Positions 34,465 to 49,113 of a DNA stretch of 64,000 bases are shown here, piece by piece. The notes beneath the pieces are model-generated. The model worked only from the letters and a program-made list of their open reading frames with translations. It searched no databases and was not told the DNA's origin. Position numbers and translations under genes: made by a program. Numbering within the stretch: the stretch's first letter is position 1; each line of letters begins with the position of its first letter. Origin of the DNA: the human T2T-CHM13v2.0 reference genome, Homo sapiens; assembly GCF_009914755.1 (NCBI RefSeq), contig NC_060931.1; one strand, given 5' to 3'.

Positions 34465-35083
34465 TGTCAGAGGTGTTTAAGCCAGAATTACTCCATCTTG
34501 AATAAGGGCTGGGTAAAATGAGGCTGCATTCATAGGAGGTTAGGCATTCTAAGTCACAGGATGAGACAGAAGGTTGGCACAAGATACAGGTCATACAGAC
34601 CTTGCTGATAAAACAGGTTGCAGTAAAGAAGCTGGCTAAACGCCACCAAAACCAATATGGCAATGGGAGGGACCTCTGGTGGTCCTCACTGCTCATTATG
34701 CACTAATTATAATGCATTAGCATGCTAAAAGACACTCCCACCAGCAAGCACCATGACAGTTTACAGACGCCATGACACCATCATGAAATACCCTATACGG
34801 TCTAAAAAGGGGAGGAAGCCTCAGTTCCGGGAACTGCCCACCCCTTTCTCTGAAACTCATGAATAATTCAACCCTTGTTTAGCATATAATCAAGAAATAA
34901 CCAAAAAATGGGTAACCAGTAGCCCTGGAGCTGCTCTGCCTATGGAGTAGCCATCCTTTTACTTCTTTGCTTTCTTAATAAACTTGTTTTCACTTTACTC
35001 TATGGGCTTGCCCTGAATTCTTTCTTGCATGAGATCCAAGAACCCTCTCTTAGGGCCTGGATCGGGACCCCTTTCTGATAACA
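34465..35083 (+). mobile_element. MER41B-type solo LTR
   Basis: TGTCAGAGG...GATAACA, 4-bp TSD CCAG, tandem GAS motifs at 34825 and 34846. Confidence 0.85.
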
Positions 35084-35099
35084 CCAGGAGACACCCTGG

Positions 35100-35960
35100 G
35101 TGGATTTCCTGAACCGACCGATAGATGAGCCTTCCACGCGGGAGACCTGGATCCTTATCGTCTTTGTGGCCCCTTCCATCTGCACGTGCGGACGAGGTCC
35201 GGGTCGCACTCGGGCGGTCAGCCTGGCACGCACAGCGCCGGCGTGCAGGGGGCCTTGGGTGCCACCGAGTCCGGGAGGAAATCTAGGCCGCCATCCGTCC
35301 GGAGACTGGCACCTGTGACCACCACCCAACATGTATTGAACAAGGGCTTGGAGGTCCTTTCTCTAAGGCCGCACCGATAAACGATTACCGACTGTTGACC
35401 TCACGGCCCCTTCGCTTCCGGCCGCACCGCCTCGCTGCCCACGCCTGCGCACTCAGGCGCCGCAGGTAGGAGGAACGTACCAACTGCGAGGCGGGGGGTG
35501 CGCGCGAAGACCCCCGCAGGCTGCGCTTCCGGAAGTAACCCCTGACGCATCCCGGAATCCAGAGCGCCCACTACGGCCTTTGGCCTGGCCCCCTGGGCGC
35601 GTTCCGGGAGCTCAGGCCTGTGGCGCTGGGAGAAGCACGCTGGCCAACAAGTCGGGTGGTGGGCACGCGGCCCAGGGGTCAGGGGCCGCTAGGCGGCGGG
35701 CGGCGGGGCTGCGGCTCTTACCTGCCGAGGAGGCGCCGGCTCTGCGGTGCGGAGTTGCGCCGGACTTCCCAGCTTGGCCAGTGGCTCCGCAGGCTGCCGG
35801 CTCCACCCCTCAGGTAAGCGGGGACTGGGCCGCCGAGGTTCAGGGAAGGGGGCGGCTGTCGGGGCCCGTGCCGGCCCCGGGGGGCCACCTGCTGGGCCAG
35901 CGGTGCCCTCGCGCCGAAACACACTGGGAGAGGCCAGAATCTTCCGGAACAGCCAGCCCT
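35100..35960. promoter_or_regulatory. CpG island / bidirectional promoter for LRRC61 (+) and ACTR3C (-)
   Basis: High GC and CpG density; palindromic ETS site CTTCCGGAAG 35526-35535, half-CRE TGACG 35543-35547, NRF1-like GCCTGCGCA ~35443-35451; splice donors on both strands. Confidence 0.85.
35500..35813 (+). other. LRRC61: Putative LRRC61 non-coding first exon (start approximate)
   Basis: CAG|GTAAGC donor after 35813 in the CpG island. Confidence 0.6.
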
Positions 35961-35967
35961 TACCCAT
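35722..35967 (-). other. ACTR3C: Putative ACTR3C first exon (5' end uncertain) ending at a CAG|GTAAGA donor
   Basis: Strong minus-strand donor (plus strand cttacctg, 35717-35724) inside the CpG island; the TSS cannot be read from sequence. Confidence 0.6.
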
Positions 35968-37727
35968 CTCTCCCTCTGTGCCGAGAACTGCCCTGAAATA
36001 CTGTGGTATTAATTAACTCGTTTAACACTAACAATCTCATGAGGCGGGTGCTGTTACTATTCCCGTAATGTAGACGAGGAAACCGAGGCGTGTGCTGGAG
36101 CAGGATCACGGCCGTGCTCAGAGACGGGCTCTGGATGCCATGCTCTGACTCCATTGTTAGCCCTAAGCTTCCAGAAAGTAGCAGAGTGCTGCCGTGTCGT
36201 TTGTAACAGATCTCACTTTGTGTCATTTTTTTTGCACAGTATGAAACCTAATGATGCATGATTATTATTTAAAACATCTTGCTTAGACTTTATAAGTAGT
36301 CAAATTTGCGTGTGGGACAAAACCCCAAAACATGCAATGGCTTGCTCTCCTCTTTTCCTTTCACACGTTCATCTCCTCCTATCCCTTTCTCTCACCACCT
36401 TTCAATCTTCTCACAGATGTTGTGGAGGAAGATGAGACTTGAGGGTCTAGCAGGTGCTTAAAATCCCCTGCCTGGTGGGGGTGGAGTAGACACTCTGTCC
36501 CCCTGCAGTGCTGCAGTTGAGAGCAGAGGGGCTGGAGAGGGACTGGGCGGAGTGAGAAAGGCCTGGCATAATCATGGAATGCCCAGGGTGGGGTTCTACT
36601 TCTCTTGCAGGCACAAGAGAAGTAGAAGAGTGGCCGCTTTCCTTCTGGGCACGCACTTGGGAAAAGGCTTGGTGAGAGCAGCGAGAAGAATAGGTCTAAT
36701 TTCTTGAGCCAGTGTGCGGAGGTGCTTCCCAGCCCAGGCTAAGCCAGATCACTCAGCCAGCCCCTGGCTGCCTTTACAGATGTACGGCTCCCCGTGAGCA
36801 ATCAACACGCCTGGCTCTCAGGCATAAGCTGCCTCACTTCCCTTCTGCACAGCACTCCAGGACTTGCCTGCTACCAGACCCATCCTACTTTCTCTGTCAG
36901 GAAAAATGAGAGTTCTTCCTGGTCTCTTGAGGCCAATCCCTTCCACCGCCTGTGCCCTGGATCCCTTTCTCCAGGAAGCTTCTCTTCCCTGTGTAGTTAG
37001 CCTCCCCGCTCTTCCCAGGTCACCTTCTCTCTGTTTAGGGACAGAGCCAAGCCTTTTCCCTCCCATCCCCACCTCCAGCATTCCCGGTTCCTGCTTCTCC
37101 CCCACTTCCTGCTGTACCGCCCACTGAAGGGACCTTTGACCCCGCTGACCACTGCTTTTGGAAAGTCTTTTCTTGGTTTCCCTAACTTCACTTTACTTTG
37201 GTTTTTCCTTGTCTCTCCCCTCTGCCTCTCAGTCACCTTTGAGATCTGCTCATCCTCTCACCTCCCTGTATTGTCAGCATTACCTGGGCAGCCCCCTCTG
37301 GTGTTTTCCTTCAGTTTCTCTAGAAACTTGCCTGAAGATTTGCCCCAAAATAGCCCACATGGACCTGTATGAGGAAAGAGGCTCACTGTGGAGGCGCTCT
37401 CCATCATTCCTCCTCTTCCACTTGAGGCTTAGGCATGGGCCACCTCCTGAACAGCTCTCCCCACAGTCTCCTCCATGCATTGTGCCATCACCCCGCCCTG
37501 CCGTCACCCCGGCCTGGCCCGCTTTCCCTTTTGCCTCCCAGGGATGTGCCTGCTTCCCATGTGGCCTGGCTAGGGCGCTTTCCTGACTGCTGCCCACATG
37601 ATCGACTATGGGCAGGCGTGCAGCCCAAAAGGCCGTGCTTCAGCTTAGAAGCCCTTGGAATCTTGTCTTGTTGTGGTTGTAGGCCTCCAATGTGTTGTCA
37701 GCTGTGGTGATGTGTGTCACAAGTAAC

Positions 37728-40089
<2,362 letters not shown>

Positions 40090-42065
40090 GTTTCTTGCAC
40101 TTGCGTAAAAGTTCCTAAGTGACTTAGATATATACTCATATTCCTTTGCCTGGTCTCCTGACCCCACTTCTACGTGGAAGGCCCCCGGTTGCTTCTCCCT
40201 TCTTTGAGATTACAGATTAAGTAGGTTTGATCCATCCCAATAAAGCAGTGTCTTAAGTGTTTGGGGTGAACCACATTGACTCAGGTTTGGAACAAGAGAT
40301 GGAGGGTTCCTGACTTCTTCAGGCTGTTCTCATACATCATTTAAGAGTTGCAGAGACAGCCTGAGAATTCAATATATGCGTGTGTGGGTATGTAGGTTTT
40401 CTTTTGGGGTAGGTGAATGGAGAAGAAGGTACGGTAGAAGTCAAGTTTTTAGGGCAGAAGATCTGGTCCAAAATAGGAAATAGAGGAAGGGGAACACAAA
40501 GAAAGGATAGTTCAAAATCCCTACTTCAATCTGGGGGTCCCCCAAACTCATGTTTTACATCCTTTTTGCCTGGTTCAGAACTTTCTGTAAAGATGCTTTG
40601 GCCATTTTTCTCTCAATACAAAAAAGTTTGTAAACAATAAAACCCCAAAAAAACATGGAGAAAGACCAACACAGTATAGTTACACAAACTAGGCCACCTA
40701 GCAGTCACCAACTGCTACAAAGTCCAGACAAATACAGGAACTAGAGGGGGCAGCGTCAGGGGGAAACAAACCCAGGATCAGATGTGCACCCCTGAACACG
40801 TTCTATCGTGCTTGTCCCATTCTAGCCCAGCAAGGGAGGTTTGTGGTGATCCTATAGCGTGTAAATGAAGCCCCCTTTTCTCCCTAGTTACCGTGATACT
40901 GAATCAGCGCTGCAGCAGGGCAGGACGCTGGCTGTGCACACCACATGAAGAGGCCCTCTCTTACGGGGCTCCCTTGAACCCAAGAATTTGGAAACGTTAA
41001 GAATTTTAGTTCTTGCTTCATATATCCTTCCCTGGACAGCACAGGATGGGTACAGGGGCACTGGTCTTAAAATTTAGCTTTCCCAAGTCACGTCTTTTAC
41101 GAATACACACGCATACCCTCTGTTGTGGACGGTAGGCCTAGCACAGTCCAGTGAAGGACGGACCTGGTGTGTGAAGCAAGTCCCATGCCCTAGGATTAGG
41201 AAACCCTCACCTAACCGTGGTGTCCCTTGGTGTCTCTGCACCTTAGTCTAATTTTCAATCTTCCACTAGCCAGAGATCAAGTCTTGATGCTATCCAGTTG
41301 AAACCTAGTCTCCCGTGAAACATTTTCAAGGTGGGGGGGTTTCAGGAGGACACTGTGGCAGAAAAGCCAAGTCTCTGGCAAACATGAGGTAGTTCAATAG
41401 GCTGGGTCCTCCATATAGTTGCTCTTCGTGGTTAGAAAAACAACCAGAAGTATTCCTGCTATGCAGGCCTGGAGCTTCTGCCGACTTATCCCTGAGGTTG
41501 CTGAGTACCTGAGAAGAGTAAAGAGTGAGGGACCGAGATTAAAGTAGACAACAGCACAAACAACATTAAGGGGAATAAAAGCTAAGATGCACGGACGTAT
41601 CGGTGACACAGCTAGTGCTGTGGGCACCCGGGAGACGGGGGACCGAGGTACGGTATCCAAGGGAGCGAATCAGTCCCATCGCACTGGCCTGGAGCTGGGT
41701 GGGGTGAGTGTGGGAGCCGCAGGTCTGCAGTGGTCCCCCAGCCACACTCTCTGCCTGTCTCCGCCACCCATTGCTTGGGACACTTCCCAGCACCCTGTCC
41801 CAAGAGTGGGCTGTGAGGAAACAAGATGTGAGTAAAGCCTGGCCTGCCCATGAGGAATTTCCTCCCTCAGAAGGTAGTGGCTGTGGGTTGGGTCCGTCAT
41901 CTGGCCTCATGCTTAACCATTTCACTCCAGCATGGGAAATATTATGATTACCTGTCCTTCTTAAAAAGGAAAACAACTTCCCTGTCCAGGCCACTTTTGA
42001 AAGCTGGAGATTCTAGGGGTAGTGCCTCAGACAAAGCATGTAGGCTCCTGAGTGATTTCCCCCAG

Positions 42066-43627
42066 CTGCCCTCGTTTGCATTTGGATAGAGCTTGGTTGG
42101 AGTTCCAAGGGCTGATGCTGGGAACCTTGCTCTGGATGCGAGGCCTGCCCCTGGAGGGAGCCGCGGAGGACTGGCAGCTGCAGATGCTGGAGCAGGCCAG
42201 CCTGTGGCTGGGCCGTAGCTTCCTGCTGGCAGGCTTCCTGGTATCGAGCAGCTGCCCCAGCCTGGAGCAGGCGGCCAAGGGTGAGGGCTGTTCCCCCATC
42301 CCTTGTTTCGCCCACTGCCTCGACTCCCTGGTGAGAAACTTTCTGTGTCACCCTCACAGTGTCCAGATCATCCTGGGCACTGCCAGGGCCACCTGCAGCC
42401 ATTTCTAAGGCTCTGTGGAGGCCCAGGGACTCCTCACCCAGCTCCAGAGCCAGCGCAGCCTCCTAGCCCACCAGCCCTTTGAGGAGCACTTGGACCACTG
42501 GGTCTCGGCCTACCACCTGCTGGAGTGGCTGGTGGAGCAGCAGCAGCCCCTTCAAGAGTACAAGGGCAGGCACCAGCTGGGGAAGGCTGGTGTTGCCTTG
42601 TCGGCCACATTCTGGAGCCCGGCAGACAGCCTCAGCAAGCTCCTGTAGCCCTTCCAGATGGTGGTCCGCGAGGCGAGTGCGGCACAGGCCTCTCTGAGCC
42701 AGGTGCTGCCCCAGCTGCGCTACCTGCACATCTTCCTGGAGCAGGTTCACACACACTTTCAGGAGCAGAGTGTCGGGGAGAGGGGCGCAGCCATCCAGCT
42801 GGCTGAGGGGTTGGCCCGGCAGCTCTGCACCGACTGTCAGCTCAACAAGCTCTTCTACCGCGAGGAGTTTGTGCTGGCCACCTTGCTGGACCCTTGCTTC
42901 AAGGGGAAGATTGAGGCCATCCTGCCATGGGGGCCGACCGACATTGACCACTGGAAGCAAGTCCTCGTGTACAAGGTGAAGGAGATTAGAGTGTCTGAAT
43001 ACTCTTTGAACTCCCCAAGTCCCCTGCAAAGCCCCAGGGGTCTGTGCGTGGACCCCACCAGGGTAGCCAAGAGCTCCGGGGTGGAGGGGAGAAGCCAGGG
43101 GGAGCCTCTGCAGAGCAGCAGCCACTCTGGGGCCTTCCTGCTGGCCCAGAGGGAGAAGGGCTTGCTGGAGAGCATGGGGCTGCTGGCCTCTGAGAGAAGC
43201 GGGGGCTCGCTGTCCACCAAGAGCCACTGGGCCAGCATCATTGTCAAGAAGTATCTGTGGGAGAATGAGACCGTTGGAGCCCAGGATGACCCCCTGGCTT
43301 ACTGGGAGAAGAAGCGAGAAGCCTGGCCACCATCTATCTGTCTTACCCCCCACAGGAGCCTTCTCTGAAAGCATCTTTGCCTCCCTGAACAGCCCCACCC
43401 TTGTAGAGCAAAACTCTTCTCTCAAGGTGGAAGCCATTGAGCATCTCCTCTTCTTGAAGGCCAACCTGGAGCAGTTCCCCAACTACACCCCGCCTCCCCT
43501 CATCTGCTCTAGTGGTGACCTGGCCAAGGGGATACAGACCCTGCAGTCCGCTCAGGGTGGGATGGCAGACATGGCAGGTGCCGGTGCTCACCCTGCCCGT
43601 GAACTCCTAGAGAGCCCCTGCCTGTAA
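42066..43627 (+). pseudogene. ZBED6CL: Disabled hAT-transposase-derived gene (ZBED6CL / C7orf29 / ZBED10P); longest residual ORF 42658..43368 (236 aa)
   Basis: hAT motifs IPCFAHCL (CxxH), HWVSAYHLLEWL (RWNS-like), LATLLDPCFK, DPLAYW, PTGAFSESIF...LLFLKAN (dimerisation domain); in-frame stops at 42406-42408 and 42646-42648; frameshifts near 43327-43351. Confidence 0.85.
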
Positions 43628-45519
43628 TAGGTCAAAGCAGAGAGCTGGGTGTTGCATCCTGGGCGCCACATGCTCATGGCCAGAATCTTAAACCTATTTG
43701 GTAGGAAAGGGTCAGTTTCTCACTTGACAGATTGCCATATTTTTTTTTCTGGGAGATGTCATTTTCCATCTCCCGATTACTTCCTTTACGTCTAGCAGTA
43801 TGTGCCGAGAAGAGGCTTACTCTCTTCGTAGGTGACTGTGAATTTTGTACTACGTGGCTTTGTACATGTGATGCTCTGTTAAAACATAAGTGGGTATGAA
43901 GGTCCTTGCATACACCTTGTCTGTGTGGATAAGTGGACACATGCCCTTAAGAGGCTTGCTTTCTCAAAAAGTGGCCAAGGATGTGGAGTGGGCATGTGCT
44001 GGCAGGTGGGATATGTCCTCAGCCTTTGGGGGCCTGGATAAGCTATTGCAGCACTTTCTGAGGCTTTCACTGTAGGGAGAAGGAAACCCCAAGGGTAGAA
44101 TAGCCATTTCCAGAGGGAAGTGCACACATACCCCCACACACCAGTCTTTTTGGGGGTTTCAGAGTGGCCGGAGAAACCGACTGAAGGGACTGACCAGCTA
44201 GCTAGGAGAGCTGAGACGCCAGTCCTCAAATGGCGTTCTTACCAATAGTCTATTTCCAGACTACTGGAAACGTTGGGGTTTCTTCCTCCAGTGACAGCAG
44301 CCTCAGTAGCTTTCCTGGGCTCCAGGCGGCTGGCTGCACACCCTGCCTGCCATCACCCTTGCCCCTGCTTGTCCTGGACCACTTTTAAAGGGGAAGTCCC
44401 TTATTTGGAAGAGAGAAAGGATGTGTGTAGCACACACTCATCATGGATTGCTCAGAGTTCCTTTAGGGCAGAGCTGAGGGCCTGGGATCCAGGAACCAGT
44501 GGGATTGGATGGGAGAAGAAGGAAGGGGGTGGCCCGTCACCCCCGCAAGACTTGCATCCAGGTAGCCTAAGGACTCCTGGTCACTGGGTAGGGTGGCTGC
44601 TGAGATGCAGGTCGGAAGAGGCAGGGGAAGGCTCCAGGCCTAACTTGGAGCATGTCACTGGCCATGGGGGTGAGGGGACAGACTCTGCTCTCACTGGCTG
44701 GCAGCCCCAGGAGCCTGTTCCCTTGCCTCTCCTGGATGGGTTGTCAGCCCTGTGTTTCACTGTGACCAATTCATTATAACATTTGGATATTACTGAAAAT
44801 GTAAGGAAGCAGGAAAAATTAACTACTTTCATTCAGAGATAGCCTCTATCAATAGTTTGACATTTTTCCCTCTTTTACATTGAGATCATACCCTAGGTAC
44901 TGTTTAGTATGCAATATTTTCATTTTCGCAGTATAATAATTGCACCTGTTAAATAAAGTTTTGTAAACATTTAATAACTGGAGTAGTATGATTTGCATTA
45001 AAGTCTGGCCTCCAGATTGCTTAGATCACTCCACTACCTGTAGCACTAGGTGTGGGAGTGGGGTGGTGGGGACACATTCGCAGGTGATAGGGGGCCGGAT
45101 TTGTCTGGGGGAGGGGCCTCACTACTGCCCCTGGCTCCAGAGCAGGGATAGGAGGGGCAGGGCTTGCTGGATCTCTCCCTGCAGTGTCCTGTACCTCACT
45201 CGCAGGATCCTGACTCACATGTCGGGGCGGGGAGGATCCGAGAATGTGATGCATCCTCAGGTTGCCTTGGGCAGCGTGCGTGACTGTGCTTCCATCCTTG
45301 AGCAGTTGGAACTGTTCTTGGAAGTGGCATTGTGGCTCTGCTGTGTGGCATCACAGAGCGGGCTCATGTTCTGGGAGAGGACTGGGAGGCCTAGAATGGT
45401 GAGGCAGCGAGGCTCGGGAGAAGAACGTGAGAAGATTGGGTGAGGATGAAAGGAAGAGGGTGAGAGAGCTTGATGGCACCGAACCAGGGGGCTTGGGCTC
45501 TAGAACCTTCACTTTCATC

Positions 45520-45725
45520 TAGGCGCAGTTTTGTCCCCCAGTGGACATTGACAATGTCTGGAGGTGTCTTTAGTTGTTCCAAGTGGGGTAAGGGGAGTGG
45601 TTCTGTTGGTGTCTAGTGGACAAAGGCCAGGGATGCTGCTCAGCACCCTCCAATGTGCAGGACGGCCTCCACAACCAAGGCTCAGCCTGCCCAGATGGCA
45701 GTAATGCCAGGGTTGGGAAGCCCTC
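45520..45725 (+). mobile_element. MER20-like DNA transposon
   Basis: TTTTGTCCCCCAG..GACATTGACAATGTCTGGAG..GGCCAGGGATGCTGCT. Confidence 0.55.
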
Positions 45726-46988
45726 TTCTAGAGCGTTAGAGCCTCCAGTCCACCCGAGGCTGCTCTGGGTTGAAGCGTTCCTCCCCCTAGACTTAGCTCT
45801 GCCCTGTGGGCCTCATTTCCCAGGCAGAAGACACTCACCAACGCCTGGGACCATCTTCCCTGGTTCTCAGTCAGCCTCCCTCAAAGGGCCCAAGTGCCAT
45901 CCTTGTCACCAGTCCTCTTTCCAGACTCTGTTGCTGGGCCAGGAGGTCTCTGTTCCCTTCATTTCCATAGTTAGGACAAGGACGGCTCCTTCTGGAGGAG
46001 TGCTGAAGCAGGTGGACGTGCGGGAAGCCATCCTCCTTGTGTCTGCGGGCAGCCTGATGGTTAGTTGGGTCTGCACAGGTGGGCGCCGGCTGGTTCTCAG
46101 TCCTACTGGGCTACCTGTTTGCAGTGCGCAGGTGATGGACCAGAAACACAGCAGAGGTCACTGACCCCCAAGAGAATGAGGGTTATGCACGACCCATCAC
46201 CAAGACCCAGGCCTGCATCTGGTGAGGGCAGGACGGGGCCACACTGGTGCAGGGCTGTGTGTTGGAGGGCAACAGGGAAGGGCCGATTTCTGTCCCGGTG
46301 GGGTCTTTCTGCTCCGTTTCCTCTTCTGTAAACCATGTTCCTGGTGTGAGCATGCACAGTTGCCTGCCTCTGTCTGCCTGCTTCTTTGCTCTCTCCCTTT
46401 GCTGAGCCATCATCTCCATCTAAAAAGCCACTGACCCAGTTCCTCAGGGCATTCACTTAACCTCTGCAGTCCCACTGTGGCCTCACCTGTGCCCAGGACT
46501 GCTCATCCAGTGGCTGTGTCTCCAGCCTCATCTCGTCTGAGTCCAGTGGGGCGTCCTAGTAGTGTTGGTCTCACTCCTTAAAAGCCTTCCGTGTTCTCCT
46601 CCCTCTGGCTGCTTGGCAGAATCCTTCACAGACTCGTTCATTCAGCCTCGTAGGTCAGCCTCCACCTCTGCTGCTCGTGCATAGGACATCTTCCACATTC
46701 ACTCCTGAAATAGCGGGTGGGTGGGAGGGGTGCCTGCTCCTGGAGAGAGGCCTGCGAGTTCTTAGAGAGCTCTGTATCCCCAGCATGGTTGGCCCCATGC
46801 ACTGCATGCCCTCCTTGATGCCAGCTGCCATCTCCCTGCTGATGGTGCCTGGATCCCTCCAGCCTGGAGCTCCAGCTGCCTCCTGAGCCCCACGCCACAC
46901 TCACTCAAGCTGAGTGCTGTGTAGCTGGATGTCTTCTTGTCTCCAACCTGTCCCACCTGCATTTCACATGTCTGAGAAGGGAGCCCCG

Positions 46989-47308
46989 GGCCGGGTGTGG
47001 TGGCTCACGCCTGTAATCCCAACACTTTGGGAGGCCGAGGCAGGGGGCATCACCTGAGGTCAGGAGTTTGAGACCAGCCTGGCCAACATGATGAAACCCC
47101 GTCTCTACTAAAAATACAAAAATTAGCCAGGCATGGTGGTGGCGGGTGCCTGTAATCCCAGCTACTTGGGAGGCTGAGGCAGGAGAATCGCTTGAACCCA
47201 GGAGGCGGAGGTTGCGGTGAGCCGAGATCGCGCCATTGTGCCATTGCACTCCAGCCAGGGCAACAAGAGTGAAACTCTGTCTCAAAAAAAAAAAAAAAAA
47301 GAAAAAAA
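46989..47308 (+). mobile_element. AluS
   Basis: Dimeric Alu, TSD-like AAGG(G)AGCCCC. Confidence 0.9.
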
Positions 47309-49113
47309 GGAGCCCCTGGCATACAGTCACCCAGCAAGATTCCCCAGTCGTCCTAGGCTCTTTTTCCTCCTCCCCATTGCTTCCTGCCCTCCTTAGGGCC
47401 TGTATCTTTTGTTTTCACAGCAGACAGGTTTCTAGTGCCTGGTGCTCCTCCTGCACCCCCCACGTTAGGGGCCAGAGCAGCTTTAATCAAATGCAAAGTT
47501 GATTGCATCACTCCCTGTTTACAAACCCCAAAAGATTCCATTCCCACTGAGGGAATCCACACTTCTTGGCAGATGCTTCCAGTCTCTTTTGGAAAGTATA
47601 TATAAATATTTGAGGTATAAATAAAAGAGAATGAGCTGGAATGTTGCAGACTAGAAGGGAGCTAGATAAGGAAATGGGGGCCATAAGCACAAGGACTCCC
47701 CTTTCCAGATGGGGTGTAGAGGACATAAGGATGGCAAGACCGTTTACATCCTCGCCAGCTCCCTGGTTGGGAACATAGTAAATATCTTTGTTGATGGTGT
47801 GGGAGGAGCTAAGTGGATCAGGCTCTGGGCCTGGTTTCCTTGGAGAGGGGAAAATGAAAAGTGTTGATATGTAAACTCAGTCACCGACACCCTGCATCAG
47901 ATCTGCAGGGCAGGCATCACCCCGCCGGCCTGGGTGAGACTCCTGGGTCTGGGCCTGGCCAAAGTCTGCCAGGTTGGGAAAGCTGCGCTTGGAAGAGGTC
48001 TGTTATTTTCCTCACTGCTTAAATCTTGAGGTCCCTCCACCAGGCCACCCCTGCTTTGTGCCACAGTCATGCGCTGGCACCTGGACTCACCTGGTCCTGC
48101 AGCCCCTGGCAATTTGATGTGCCCCTCCCGGCTTTCTGGAGCCACCCTTCCCTCCCTCCAAGACAGCCTGCCCTTTGGGAAATTTATGTTGTCTTTGCAG
48201 CTGGCACCGTGCTGTCTGGCACGTATATCAGTGCTGTTCCATTGATCTGTCCAGCTGAGTCCAGAGCAAAAGAGCTAGCTTTGGCGGGCAGTGAAGTGAG
48301 AGCAAGGGTGTGCGACCTAGCCAGGCCACTTACCCCAGCCTTCCCTGTCCCTTCACTACCTTGACCTCAGTTTTCTCCTTCAGGACTAAAGGCCAACTTC
48401 TTATGCTCTACAGCTCCAACCAGAGGTACCAGCTGACCCATATAATCTGGAAACAAGTTTGAATTCATTGCTGTTAGAAAGAATTGCAGTAATACTGAGT
48501 GAATCAAACAAGGCACATGTGCTCTCGTTTGCATTGCATATACATTGATTATCCCAGAAAGAAAACAAAAGAAACTGGTGATGGTGGTTACCTATTGCCT
48601 ATTCAAAAATAACGGTTTAAAAAACACCCCAAAACTAATAGGGATGGATCGTGAGTGGTTACGGAAAAAGTAAAATAATGTTTTGCCCCTAGTTTGGATT
48701 TGACAGGAAGAACTGGTAATATTGGGCCTGAATCCATCCAGCATGGCCCTAACCAGCCAGGGCCAGTCTGGGCTGCTCCCCTTGGGTTGGGCCTGCACCC
48801 CATCCCTGTCACTCAGATGGCTTTTGTGGCCTGTGTCCCAGCTTGGTCTTCAGGTCTTGCCTGGCTGAGATTGTTGGTTTTCATGGTAAAAGCAGGGTCA
48901 GACTCCCTGCCGTCACCTGCTGCGTAAGACACAGAAAGTGCTGCCTGCTGACTGACTGTCTCTCCTCAGGGACTGGCTGGCTTCGAGCAGGGCATCGGAA
49001 CCAGGCCTCCTGGCACTGGCCTGGGTAGAGCCAGGGCGAGCACCGGCTGACCCCCAGTGGAACCCTGTGACAGTCCTGCCAGGGCCCAGGCCATCCCAAC
49101 CGACTTCCATCTC

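Noticed and set aside
42463-43482. 339-aa minus-strand ORF
   Set aside because: Shadow ORF opposite the GC-rich hAT-derived coding sequence; no recognisable motif
49057-49113. 19-codon N-terminal extension of LRRC61 in the ORF track
   Set aside because: Starts at GTG; the first ATG (49114) gives the expected 259-aa protein and nothing supports the extension
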